This document shows positions 39,169-50,229 of a DNA stretch of 64,000 bases, piece after piece. The DNA comes from an uncultured Bacillota bacterium. Lineage in GTDB: Bacteria > Sysuimicrobiota > Sysuimicrobiia > Sysuimicrobiales > Segetimicrobiaceae. Each line of letters opens with the position of its first letter. Position 1 is the stretch's first letter. Below the pieces are notes generated by a model. The model was not told the origin of the DNA, made no database searches, and saw only the letters and a list, made by a program, of their open reading frames with translations. The position numbers and the translations under genes were made by a program. Location: the NCBI GenBank assembly GCA_963804645.1, contig CAWDRG010000013.1, forward strand, positions 30,314-94,313, in the 5' to 3' direction.

Positions 39169-39828
39169 CTACTCGGGCACGACGCGCGCGAGCCATGATC
39201 CCACGCAGCCCGCGAGCTCCACGTGCCGATCGGTAAAATAGTGGTCGCCCCCCTCAAGATACACGGCGTCAACCCGCGCGTCGCGCACCGCCGCGGCCAA
39301 TTCGTCGACCCGCGCGCTCCCTTCCAGCGACGCGTCCACGGCGCCCTGCACCACGAGGATGTGCCCCGCCAGTTGGGCGGCCAGATCCAAGCCCGCAAAC
39401 CAGATCTCCGGCCGGACGCGCTTCACCGACCCCATCGTGGTGAACACCCACTGCCGGATCCGCCGGTCGCCGGACAGCGCCGGATAGCGCACGATCTTGT
39501 TGCAGGCGTACCCGTGGCCGAGCACCACGACGGTCCCGGCGCCGTGCCCGTAGAGAAAGTCCACGCCGGCGCGCAGGTCGTGATACGCGAGATCAAAGTC
39601 CTTCGGCTCCTTGAGATCGTGGTCGCGCAGATTGATGGAGAGGGTCGTGTACCCCATCGCGGCCAGGCGCGGGGGCAGCCACCGGGACGGCCCCTGGTAG
39701 AAGTTCCAACCGAGCCCGTGGACCACGAGCACCTGTGCCGCGGACGGCACTGGCCGCGGGGCATCGTACAGCGCCCCGTCCAGCACGACCCCATCGGCCG
39801 TCGTACACGTCATCAACTCCGTCAGCAT
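39169..39828 (-). CDS. Alpha/beta-hydrolase-fold protein lacking the canonical nucleophile
   Basis: TADGVVLDG, VHGLGWNFY, elbow LGHGYA in place of GHSxG, EGGDHYF. Confidence 0.75.
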   Translation of the reverse strand: MLTELMTCTTADGVVLDGALYDAPRPVPSAAQVLVVHGLGWNFYQGPSRWLPPRLAAMGYTTLSINLRDHDLKEPKDFDLAYHDLRAGVDFLYGHGAGTVVVLGHGYACNKIVRYPALSGDRRIRQWVFTTMGSVKRVRPEIWFAGLDLAAQLAGHILVVQGAVDASLEGSARVDELAAAVRDARVDAVYLEGGDHYFTDRHVELAGCVGSWLARVVPE

Positions 39829-39844
39829 GCTGCACCTCCGCCGG

Positions 39845-40747
39845 TCAGCCTTTGAGCGCCCCGCCAAGCCATCCCTGTACGAGCACCCGGCGGCAGCACA
39901 GCGCGAGCGCCGCAGGAAAGAGTGCGGTGAGGAGCCCCGCGCTGTTCATCAGCCCCCAGCTCGGGTTCGAGATTGCGTTGAGCGACTGCGCGAGCACCAC
40001 CGACACCGGCCACGCGCGCTGCGAGGCCGTGACGACGAGCGCGACGATGAAATCCGACCAGCTCGTGATGAACGCGAACGCCCCCGCGGCGAACAGCGAA
40101 ATGGTCGAGAGCGGCAGGACGATCCGGGTGAACACGCCGACCGGGCTGCAGCCGTCGATCGCCGCCGCCTCCTCGAGCTCGATCGGAAACGTCCGGTAGA
40201 ATCCCTCAAGGATCCAGATCACGAACGGCAGCAGCAGCGCCGAGTCGGCGAGGATCAGGCCGGGCAGCGAATCGAGCAGCCCCACCCGCTGCAGGCCCAT
40301 GTAGATCGGGATCAACACCACGATGACGGGCAGCATCCGGGTGCCGAGCAGACAGAACAGGATCGCCCGCCGGCGGCGCGGCGCGATGAACCGCGCGAGC
40401 GAGTAGGCAGCCACGGAGCCGCAGAGAAGGCAGATGATCACCGTCGCCGATGCCAAGAGCGCACTGTTCACAAAGGCGCGCGGAAACGCGCGGATCGCGG
40501 GGTTCTGGCCGGCCTCCTGCGCATCGGCGCCCGGGAGCTGCAGGAGCGTACGGTAGTGGACGGCCGTCACGACCGGCGGGATCCAGTGCGGCGGTCGGGC
40601 GAGCAGGTCGCGATCGAGCGACAGGCTGGAGACCAGCATCCAGAAGGGCGGCGCGAGCAGATAGACGAGCGCCACCGCGAACAGCAGCGCAAGCGCACCC
40701 CGCTGGAGCGGGGGCCGGCGCCGGCGCGCCGCGCCCACGGCCGTCAC
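39845..40747 (-). CDS. Carbohydrate ABC transporter permease (MalG-like)
   Basis: AFVNS, AAYSLAR, PIELEEAAAIDGCS EAA motif. Confidence 0.92.
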   Translation of the reverse strand: MTAVGAARRRRPPLQRGALALLFAVALVYLLAPPFWMLVSSLSLDRDLLARPPHWIPPVVTAVHYRTLLQLPGADAQEAGQNPAIRAFPRAFVNSALLASATVIICLLCGSVAAYSLARFIAPRRRRAILFCLLGTRMLPVIVVLIPIYMGLQRVGLLDSLPGLILADSALLLPFVIWILEGFYRTFPIELEEAAAIDGCSPVGVFTRIVLPLSTISLFAAGAFAFITSWSDFIVALVVTASQRAWPVSVVLAQSLNAISNPSWGLMNSAGLLTALFPAALALCCRRVLVQGWLGGALKG

Positions 40748-41685
40748 GCCCGCTCTCCCTGCGGGAGCGCCCGCCAGTACACGAGGGTCAGCACGATCGT
40801 CGCGGCCGTCAGCAGGCACGCCACCGCCGCGGCCGCCCCGAGGTCCCCGAACTGAAACGCCTCAGCGAACGTGAAGTAGCTCACGACGGTCGTCGCGTCC
40901 CCCGGCCCGCCGCTGGTGAGCAGGTAGATAATATCGAACGCGCGCATCGAAAAGACCAGACAGAAGAGGACGGCGACCGCGAGCGCGGGGCTGATGAACG
41001 GCAGCGTCAGATGCCGGAACTGCGCCCACCCGCCGGCGCCGTCCAGCTCGGCGGACTCGTAGTATTCCAGCGGTACCGAGCGCATCGCGGCGTACAGGAC
41101 GATCACCACGAACGGGACGAGCTTCCAGGCGTAGGCAAAGATCACCGCGTGCATCGCCGAGGCGCCGGTGCTGAGCCACGCCCGGTATCCGTGGAGCAGG
41201 TGCAGCGACACGAGCGCCCCATTGAGCGCGCCGAACGTCGGGTTGTAGATCCACTGCCACATCGAGGCGTTCACGATGTCCGGGATGCCCCACACCAGCA
41301 CCGCGCTGGCCATGAGCCAGCCGGTCCCGGGCGCGTCGGTGTTGAGCAGCACCGCGATCCCGAGGCCGATCCCCGTCGCGACGGCGACCGAGAGCACCGC
41401 GAAGTACAGCGTGTTGCGGAAGGCGTCCATGACGGATGCGTCTCCCAGCATGAACCGGTAGTTCGCCAGGCCCGCGAACGCGTGCGCGGAGGCGGAGCCG
41501 ATGCGGAGGTTGAGGACGCTCAGGTACAGGACGTACCCGATCGGCACCACCGTGAACGCCACGATCAGCGCCAGGCCCGGTAGGTTCAGCAGGCGCAGGG
41601 GCACGTCCATCCGCGCCCACCGCGGGCGCGCGGCGACGCCGCCGGTCTGCTCCTCGGTCGCCGTCCTAGCGATAGCGGGCGGCAA
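40744..41685 (-). CDS. Carbohydrate ABC transporter permease (MalF-like)
   Basis: FAGLANY, WQWIYNPTFGALN, YESAELDGAG, TSGGPG; start may be ATG 41610. Confidence 0.92.
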   Translation of the reverse strand: MPPAIARTATEEQTGGVAARPRWARMDVPLRLLNLPGLALIVAFTVVPIGYVLYLSVLNLRIGSASAHAFAGLANYRFMLGDASVMDAFRNTLYFAVLSVAVATGIGLGIAVLLNTDAPGTGWLMASAVLVWGIPDIVNASMWQWIYNPTFGALNGALVSLHLLHGYRAWLSTGASAMHAVIFAYAWKLVPFVVIVLYAAMRSVPLEYYESAELDGAGGWAQFRHLTLPFISPALAVAVLFCLVFSMRAFDIIYLLTSGGPGDATTVVSYFTFAEAFQFGDLGAAAAVACLLTAATIVLTLVYWRALPQGERA

Positions 41686-42976
41686 GCTCCTTGGCCTTCG
41701 CAGACCACGCCGAGCCGCCCTGCTGCGGCGACGTCCGCCCGGCGAGCATGTCCTGCAGCACGCCGTTCGCGTACGCTTCCCATTCCGAATACCACACCGC
41801 CTGGAACGGCACGACGGCGCTCATCGGCACGGCGCTTTCGAGATTGGCCTCGACCTGGGATGGATCCGCGCCCCACGACCGCAGTGAGTCGTCCACGACC
41901 GGGTCGCGCGCCACGCCGCCGTAGCCCCACGTGAGCGCGCCCGAGACGACCCATGCCTTGGGGGTGACGAAGCTGCCCTTGTAGGTCCCGCCCATGTACT
42001 GCATAAACCGCCACGCCTCGGCCTTGTGCGCGCTCGCGGAGTTCATCGCGTACAGGCGCGCGAACCCCGCGGTCTTGTGCAGCGCCGGGGTGGGGGCGAG
42101 CTTCGTGACGCCGGCGACCTTCGACTTGGTCTTGTCGTTCGCCCACTGCGGGCCGGCGAAAAAGCTGGTCGTCAGCATCGTGGCGTAGTCACCGCTCATG
42201 AACGCCGCGGCCGACGTGTTCGGGTCGAGTTCGAGCCCGCTCGGATCCGACAACCCCTCCTTGTACGTCGAGGCCCACCACGCGATCGACTCGATCGCGA
42301 TCGGGGTGATGTTGTAGCTGTCGTCCAGGACCCGGCCGCCGCGGGAGGCGGCCATCGTGTTGACGACCCACATCCCGCCCCACCCGGCGATCTTGACCGG
42401 CCACAGCATCGGGGCCTGGCTGAGGCCCTTGCTCTTGATGGCGCGCGCCTGCTGCGTCCACTCGTCGTACGTCTTCGGCGGTGCCGCGAAGCCGGCCGCC
42501 TTCAACATCCGGTCGTTGTAGATCAGCGCGAAGTAGCTCGAGAAGTACGGCAGCCCGTACAACCGCCCCTGGAAGGTCATCGAGCGCGACGCGAGATTCA
42601 GCATCTGCTGCTTCAGCGCGGCGGCGCCGTCGTAGCCGTCGAGCGGCTGCAGCCACGGGGCCCACTGGGCCAGAATGCCGTCGGCGACGTACAGCACGTC
42701 GAACGGCGTCTTCGAATTCTGCATCAGCTGGATCTTGGGCACGTACTCGTTCCCGGGAATCACCTGCATGTCGACCTTGATATCGGGGTTGTCGGCCTGA
42801 AACTGGTTGATGAACTGCTGCACGGTGTCGTTCTGGTAGTTCCACGTCATGAACGTGAGCTGGGTCGGCTCCGCGGCGGCGAACACCCGGCCCCCCAACG
42901 CCGCGGTCGCGCCGGCGGCCGCGGCCGCCACACCGAACTGCTTCAACGCCGCACGTCGGGTCAGTCGCATGGTCAT
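41666..42976 (-). CDS. Carbohydrate-type ABC substrate-binding protein with Tat signal
   Basis: LTRRAALK twin-arginine motif, FQADNPDIKV, GRLYGLPY, PPKTYDE. Confidence 0.9.
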   Translation of the reverse strand: MTMRLTRRAALKQFGVAAAAAGATAALGGRVFAAAEPTQLTFMTWNYQNDTVQQFINQFQADNPDIKVDMQVIPGNEYVPKIQLMQNSKTPFDVLYVADGILAQWAPWLQPLDGYDGAAALKQQMLNLASRSMTFQGRLYGLPYFSSYFALIYNDRMLKAAGFAAPPKTYDEWTQQARAIKSKGLSQAPMLWPVKIAGWGGMWVVNTMAASRGGRVLDDSYNITPIAIESIAWWASTYKEGLSDPSGLELDPNTSAAAFMSGDYATMLTTSFFAGPQWANDKTKSKVAGVTKLAPTPALHKTAGFARLYAMNSASAHKAEAWRFMQYMGGTYKGSFVTPKAWVVSGALTWGYGGVARDPVVDDSLRSWGADPSQVEANLESAVPMSAVVPFQAVWYSEWEAYANGVLQDMLAGRTSPQQGGSAWSAKAKELAARYR

Positions 42977-43121
42977 GGGCTCCATCCCTCCGTTGTCCGC
43001 ATATGGCTCGTAGGCGCGTCCGCGCGCGTTCGTGCCTGGGGTAGCGTACTCTTCGGGGCGACCGGTGCGGCTCCTTCCCGGCCGCAACTGGCGGGACCGG
43101 ACGACACCGCCCGCGTGACGG

Positions 43122-44531
<1,410 letters not shown>

Positions 44532-44605
44532 GCTACCGAGTCCGTCCGGCGTGCGGGGGGAGCGGTGCGGCCGGGGCGCGCCTCACGCGGGGCGCCCCGC
44601 CGCGC

Positions 44606-46030
44606 TCACAGATCCACCGGCGGCCGGTCGAGGTCGCGCACCGGCGAGACGTAGGGACGGTCGGCGGTCAGGCGCCGGTGCTCGTCCTGCGCCCGCGCGA
44701 GGAGCGCCGGGTCCCGCATCAGCTCGCACGCCGCGGCCGCCAGCACCTGCGCCGCGAACAGCATGCCGCGGCGCCCGATCGGGCTCCCGACCGAGGCGCA
44801 GTTCTGCCAGGAGTGTCCCGGCATCCCGACGGGGGCGGTGACGATCCGGACCTCCCCGGTCGGCACCACGTACGAGACGTCGCCCACGTCGGTCGAGCCG
44901 CCGGCCGGTTCGTCGTACGCGTTGTTCGGCAGGATCGACTCGATCAGCGTCGCCCGGGGATCGCCCGGCTGGCCGAGGTCGGTGCCGCGCCGGCGCAGCT
45001 CGTCCAGCGCCTTGCGGAGCGTCCCGTCGGCAAACGTGGCCTGCAGCGCGCGGGCCCACGCGTGCTCCTCGCTCGTGAACGTCGGCGCGCCGAGCGACTC
45101 CATCGTCGCGTGCAGCAGGTCGTCGACCGTGCGGCACTGCAGCGTGTCGTAGCAGCCCGCGACGAGCCGGACCTCATGGGTGGTGCCGGTCATCAGACAC
45201 GCGCCCCGCGCGATGTCGAGCAGCCGCGCGTAGATCTCTTCCACCTGGGCACGCCGGGGGGCGCGCACGTAGTACCAGACCTCGGCGCGCGGCGGCACCA
45301 CGTTCGGCGCCAGGCCGCCGTCCGTGATCACGTAGTGAATGCGCGTGGAACTCGGGACGTGCTCGCGCAGGAAATTGGCGCCCACGTTCATGAGCTCGAC
45401 CGCGTCGAGCGCACTGCGCCCGTGCTCGGGAGTGGCCGCGTGGGCCGGGATGCCGTGGAAGGTGAACCGCGCCGAGTTCAGGGCGGTGTGCGGTTCGGCC
45501 ATGACGCGGTTGACCGGTCCCGGATGCCACGTGAGCGCGCAGTCGACGTCCCGGAAGAGGCCGGCCTTCACCATGAAGACCTTCCCGACGACCGTCTCCT
45601 CCGCCGGGCATCCGTAGAACCGGACGGTCCCGCGCACCTCCCCCCGCCGGATCGCGTCCCGCACCGCCATCGCGGCGCCCGCGGCGGCGGTCCCGAGCAG
45701 GTTGTGACCGCAGCCGTGTCCCGGCCCGTTCACCACGATCGGACGCGGCTCCACGGTCCCGCGCGTCTGGCTCAAGCCCGGGAGCGCGTCAAACTCTCCG
45801 AGCAGCGCGATCACGGGCGCCCCCGCCCCGAAGCTGGCCACGAACGCGGTGGGCATCCCGGCCACCCCGCGCTCGACCGCGAACCCGTCGGCTTCGAGCG
45901 CGGCGGCGAGGGTCTCGCTACTGCGTGTCTCGTGCAGGCCTAACTCCGGCGTCTCCCAGATGCGGTCGCTAAGATCCGTCAGCGTCCGCGCGTGCTCCGT
46001 CACGAACTCGACCATCGAGTGCAGCGGCAT
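44606..46030 (-). CDS. M20 amidohydrolase, AbgB (p-aminobenzoyl-glutamate hydrolase subunit B)-like
   Basis: GEFDALPGLSQ, GHGCGHNLLG, GCPAEE, GRSALDAVELMN, GSTDVGDVS, HSWQ. Confidence 0.9.
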   Translation of the reverse strand: MPLHSMVEFVTEHARTLTDLSDRIWETPELGLHETRSSETLAAALEADGFAVERGVAGMPTAFVASFGAGAPVIALLGEFDALPGLSQTRGTVEPRPIVVNGPGHGCGHNLLGTAAAGAAMAVRDAIRRGEVRGTVRFYGCPAEETVVGKVFMVKAGLFRDVDCALTWHPGPVNRVMAEPHTALNSARFTFHGIPAHAATPEHGRSALDAVELMNVGANFLREHVPSSTRIHYVITDGGLAPNVVPPRAEVWYYVRAPRRAQVEEIYARLLDIARGACLMTGTTHEVRLVAGCYDTLQCRTVDDLLHATMESLGAPTFTSEEHAWARALQATFADGTLRKALDELRRRGTDLGQPGDPRATLIESILPNNAYDEPAGGSTDVGDVSYVVPTGEVRIVTAPVGMPGHSWQNCASVGSPIGRRGMLFAAQVLAAAACELMRDPALLARAQDEHRRLTADRPYVSPVRDLDRPPVDL

Positions 46031-46163
46031 CCGTCGGCCTCCTCCGCGCGCGTGCGGCGCGCCACGCGACTAGCATTATTCGCGGCGCGGCGGCGCTCCT
46101 GGTCGACGCACCGCCCGACGCGCGAGGAACCGTCCGCCGGGCACCGAACCGTGTCCCGAGCCG

Positions 46164-46922
46164 ATGTCGACGCCGCCGGGAGACGCGGGCATGTCCACCC
46201 GACCGCCGGTTTCGATCGATCTCTTCGACGCCCTGCGCGGGCGCCGCGTCCTGGTGCGCCCGTTTCGGGCGGCGGACGCGCCCGCCGTGTGGGCGGCGAT
46301 CGAGGAGTCGCGCGAGCATCTCGCCAAGTGGATGCCGTGGGTCCAGCACCTCTGGTCCCTCGCCGATGAGCGCGCCGCGCTGGCCGGCGTGCGGGCGCGA
46401 TGGCGCACTCGTGAAGACCTGACCGTGGGCATCTTCGACCGCCGCACCGGGGCCCTGCTCGGAGGCACCGGCCTGCACCGCATCAACTGGGCGCTGCGGG
46501 TCTTCGAGATCGGCTACTGGATTCGACGGACCGCGGAAGGCTCGGGCTACGTCACCGAAGCGGTCGCACTGCTCGTGCGGTATGCCTTCGACCGCCTGGG
46601 CGCGCACCGGGTCGAGATCCGCATGGACCCGCGCAATGTCCGCAGCCGCCGCGTGCCCGAGCGCCTCGGCTTCGTCTTCGAGGGGATCCTGCGCCGCTCC
46701 GCCCCCGATGTCCACGGCGCGCCGTCGGATCGGTGCATCTTCGCGCTGATTCGGGAGGACTACCTGCGGCTTGCGTGGGCGGGCGGCCGCCGGTCGGCCG
46801 CACCGGGCGTGTCGGCTACACGGGCACCCGCGCGGCGCGGCCGTGCAGCACCCACGACCCGGACTCGACGATCTCCACCGGCATCGTCCGGCCGATCAGC
46901 TCGGCGCCGCCCTCGAACGTGA
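46164..46922 (+). CDS. GNAT N-acetyltransferase (RimJ/RimL-like)
   Basis: SREHLAKWMPW, FEIGYW, GYVTEAV, RVEIR..N.RS..VPERLGF.FEG.LR; low-complexity tail overlaps miaB. Confidence 0.88.
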   Translation: MSTPPGDAGMSTRPPVSIDLFDALRGRRVLVRPFRAADAPAVWAAIEESREHLAKWMPWVQHLWSLADERAALAGVRARWRTREDLTVGIFDRRTGALLGGTGLHRINWALRVFEIGYWIRRTAEGSGYVTEAVALLVRYAFDRLGAHRVEIRMDPRNVRSRRVPERLGFVFEGILRRSAPDVHGAPSDRCIFALIREDYLRLAWAGGRRSAAPGVSATRAPARRGRAAPTTRTRRSPPASSGRSARRRPRT

Positions 46923-48150
46923 CGATCTTGTTCGTGCGCGTGCGCCCGAGCACGCCGCCCTTGCGGCCCAACTGCTCGACGAGCACCTCCTGGGTCCCGC
47001 CGACGAGCGTCCGGTTGATCTCCGCGGCAATGCGCTCCTGCAGCTGATTCAGCGCGAACAGCCGCCGGCGCTTCGCCTCATCGGACACCTGGTCCACGTA
47101 GCCGGCGGCGGGAGTGCCCTCGCGGGGCGAGTACATCGCGGTGTTGCAGGCGTCGAAGCGCACCTGCTCGACGAGGCCCAGCGTCCCCTCGAACTCGGCC
47201 TCCGTCTCCCCGGGAAACCCCACGATCAGATCCGTGGTAATACTGGCCCGCGGCATCGCCGCGCGGATCGTGTCGATGGTGGCCCGGTACTGCGCCGTGG
47301 TGTAGGCGCGGTGCATCCGACGCAGGAGGCCGTCGTCGCCGGCCTGCACCGGCAGGTGGATATGCTCGCAGGCCTTCGGCAGCGCGGCCACCGCGTCGAT
47401 CAGGCGCTGGCTCATGTCGCGCGGGTGGCTCGTCGTGAACCGGATGCGCTCGATCCCATCGACGTCGTGGACGCGCTCCAGCAGGTGCGCCAGGTCGACG
47501 CGGGGGACGAGATCGTGGCCGTAGCTGTCCACGTTCTGTCCGAGGAGCGTGACCTCACGGAATCCCTCGGCGGCGAGCGCGCGGACCTCTGTGACGACGT
47601 CGTCCGGCGGCACGCTCCGCTCGCGCCCGCGGACGTACGGCACGATGCAGAACGTGCAGAACTTGTTGCAGCCGTGGATGATGTTGACGAACCCGCGGAC
47701 CGTCCCGGTCCGCACCGCCGGCAGCATCGGGAGCGGCTGCGCCTTGTCGGACCGCTCCCAGACGTCGTACGCCGGCTGGCACCCGTCCTGCGCCTGGCGG
47801 AGCAGCTCCGGCAGGCGGTGGATGTTGTGCACGCCAAACACCACGTCGATCCACGGGGCCCGCTTCAGCACGCGCTCGCGGTCCTTCTGCACGAGGCAGC
47901 CCGCCATCCCGAGAATCAGCCCGGGCCGCTCGCGCTTGAGCTGCCGCAGCTCCCCCATCCGTCCGTACGCCTTGTCGTCCGCGCCCTCCCGCACGGTACA
48001 CGTGTTCAGGAGGATCACGTCGGCATCCGAGGGGTCGTCCGCGGGCTCGTACCCGAGGCCGGAAAGCAGCCCGGCCATCGCCTGAGAGTCCCGGACGTTC
48101 ATCTGGCAGCCCTGCGTGATGATGTGATAGCGCTTCCGCGTCGCGTCCAT
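46816..48150 (-). CDS. miaB: tRNA-2-methylthio-N6-dimethylallyladenosine synthase MiaB
   Basis: GCQMN..DS, NTCTVRE, GCNKFCTFCIVPYVRGRE, LLGQNVDSYG, RFTTSHP, TRAM domain. Confidence 0.97.
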   Translation of the reverse strand: MDATRKRYHIITQGCQMNVRDSQAMAGLLSGLGYEPADDPSDADVILLNTCTVREGADDKAYGRMGELRQLKRERPGLILGMAGCLVQKDRERVLKRAPWIDVVFGVHNIHRLPELLRQAQDGCQPAYDVWERSDKAQPLPMLPAVRTGTVRGFVNIIHGCNKFCTFCIVPYVRGRERSVPPDDVVTEVRALAAEGFREVTLLGQNVDSYGHDLVPRVDLAHLLERVHDVDGIERIRFTTSHPRDMSQRLIDAVAALPKACEHIHLPVQAGDDGLLRRMHRAYTTAQYRATIDTIRAAMPRASITTDLIVGFPGETEAEFEGTLGLVEQVRFDACNTAMYSPREGTPAAGYVDQVSDEAKRRRLFALNQLQERIAAEINRTLVGGTQEVLVEQLGRKGGVLGRTRTNKIVTFEGGAELIGRTMPVEIVESGSWVLHGRAARVPV

Positions 48151-48282
48151 CTCGCCCACCTTAGCGTCCCGGCGGTCTCCGGAATCTCACCGGAGCGTAC
48201 CATACCGGCCGGAACTCCGCACCGCCCCCGGCGCGGACGCGCGGGACGGCCGTGCGGGCCGGCCGCGTCGGGCGGCGACCGC

Positions 48283-48780
48283 TCAGAGGTTGAAGTCCAC
48301 GAGCGCCGTCACGCCCACCCCGTACACGCGGTGGATCTTGCCGGGCAGCGGGGTGAGGCTGTTGACGGGGATGAGGGCCTTCAGCGTCACGACGTTCTGG
48401 ATCGATCCCGTGACCTGGGCGACCGCCTGCACCTGGTCGAGATCCGCTTTCGGGCCCTGGACCTGCGCCGCGCCGATCGTGCCGCCGCCGGATCCCCCGA
48501 TGGTCACCGCGACGCCCACGATCGGCACCACCTTGGTGAGCTCCTTGTTCGCGGCGCCGCTGTTGAGCATCAGCGTGTTGATGGCACTGTTGATCTGCGG
48601 GCCGAACGTCTTCACGACGTAGCCGATGCCGAACAGCTTGATCGCCGCCCCGATGGTATTCCCGCCGATCGAGGGCAGCGACGGCAGCGAGATCTGCGCG
48701 AGCGCGGGCGACGCCCCCGCCCCGGCCAGAAACGCGATCACGATCAGCGCCGCGACGCGGCGCTTGCATGCACGGTCCAT
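48283..48780 (-). CDS. Exported hypothetical protein
   Basis: GGGAGG SD, signal peptide (ALAQ), IKLFGIGYVVKTFGPQIN...TKVVPIV...IGAAQVQGP. Confidence 0.78.
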   Translation of the reverse strand: MDRACKRRVAALIVIAFLAGAGASPALAQISLPSLPSIGGNTIGAAIKLFGIGYVVKTFGPQINSAINTLMLNSGAANKELTKVVPIVGVAVTIGGSGGGTIGAAQVQGPKADLDQVQAVAQVTGSIQNVVTLKALIPVNSLTPLPGKIHRVYGVGVTALVDFNL

Positions 48781-48882
48781 GACGGCCTCCCCTCCCCGGC
48801 GTCTCGGTGACGCCGGGGACGGTCAGGTAGTTCGCGCGTCTGGACGGCTCCCCTCCCGCGGCCCGTGCCGCACGCCGGTGGG

Positions 48883-50229
48883 CTACCGGACGGACGCGGC
48901 GGACGGCGCCGGGTCGGCGCCGGTGATGTCCTCCAGGGCGCGGCCCGCGGTCTCCTGCCCGAACACGAGGATGATGACGATCCCCCCGATGAGCGCCGCC
49001 ACGCACGCGGACATCGCCACGGCCCGGCCGCTCGACCACTGGTGGATCAGGATCCCGAGCGCCGCCGGCGACAGGATGCCGGCCGTGCGCCCGGCGGCCG
49101 AGGCCCAGCCGGTCGCGGTCGCGCGAATCCGCGTCGGGTACAGCTCGGCCGCGTACGCCAAGATCACCGGCCACGCCCCGAGGACGCCGCCCGCGAGCCC
49201 GATCCCGCCGAGCACGAGACCGAGCTCGCTGCGCGCCACGCCGAGCACGGCCGCGCCGAGCGCGCCGAGCGCGAGCGCGCCGACGAACACCGGCTTCCGC
49301 CCCACGCGGTCGAGCAGCAGCGTGGCGGCCAGCGTCGGCACGATCATCGCGCACGAGATGAGGAGCGACACCCAGTCCGCGTTCGGAAACCCCTGCGCGG
49401 CCAGCATCGCGGGCAGGAAGACCACCGGCCCGTTGTAGGCGCCGATCATCACCCACCACACGACCCACAGGAGCAGCGTCCCCCGGCGGAACCGCGGGCT
49501 CCACAGCTCCCGGAGATGCGCGGCCACCGAGACGTGCACGGCGCGCTCCTGCGCCGGCAGATCGATCCGGGCGCCGAACCGCTCCCACAGCTGGCGCGCG
49601 AGGGCCTCGGCCTCCGCCCGCCGGCCGTGCGCGAGCAGGAACCGCGGAGACTCGGGCACGAGCCACGGGACGATCACGGCGAGCGCAAGCGGCAGCGCGC
49701 CGACCGCGAACACCAGGCGCCAGTCCACCCCGTGCGCGGCCACGGCGCCGAGCGCCGCGACGATCCAGCCGAGGATCCAGATGATCTGCGTCCAGCCCAT
49801 CAGCGCGCCGCGGATCTCGCGCGGCGCGAACTCGCCGACCATGCTGCCCGCGACGGGGGCCACCCCGCCGAACCCGATCCCGGCGACGAACATCAGCCCC
49901 ACAAGCCACGCGAGCCCGGGGACCAGCGCGGCCCCGCCCATCGCGACGGCGCTCAGCGCGACCGTCGCCGCGTAGCCCGCGCGCCGGCCCATCCAGTCGG
50001 CCGCGTGCCCCATCGCCACGCCCCCGAGCAGCTGGCCCGCGCCGTGGACGGCGACGATCAGGCCCGCCTGCCACGGCGCCAGCCCCCACGATGTCCGGAG
50101 TCCCGGCAGCGCGAAACTGAGCACCCCGAGGTTGAGGCCGTTGCTCGCGAACGCCAGCCCGGCGAGCACCGTCACCCGCCACGCGAGCGCCCGCGACTCC
50201 GTCGGCGGGGGGGCGGCCGAGGGGTTCAT
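48883..50229 (-). CDS. MFS transporter (SV2/AAHS-like)
   Basis: Hydrophobic 12-TM pattern, ADWMGRR, EFAPREIRG, PESPRFL, AELYPTRIRATATG. Confidence 0.92.
   Translation of the reverse strand: MNPSAAPPPTESRALAWRVTVLAGLAFASNGLNLGVLSFALPGLRTSWGLAPWQAGLIVAVHGAGQLLGGVAMGHAADWMGRRAGYAATVALSAVAMGGAALVPGLAWLVGLMFVAGIGFGGVAPVAGSMVGEFAPREIRGALMGWTQIIWILGWIVAALGAVAAHGVDWRLVFAVGALPLALAVIVPWLVPESPRFLLAHGRRAEAEALARQLWERFGARIDLPAQERAVHVSVAAHLRELWSPRFRRGTLLLWVVWWVMIGAYNGPVVFLPAMLAAQGFPNADWVSLLISCAMIVPTLAATLLLDRVGRKPVFVGALALGALGAAVLGVARSELGLVLGGIGLAGGVLGAWPVILAYAAELYPTRIRATATGWASAAGRTAGILSPAALGILIHQWSSGRAVAMSACVAALIGGIVIILVFGQETAGRALEDITGADPAPSAASVR

Noticed and set aside
46816..46922. 107-nt convergent overlap of the GNAT gene and miaB
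   Set aside because: The GNAT tail is low-complexity run-on past the domain end, most simply a lost or shifted stop codon.
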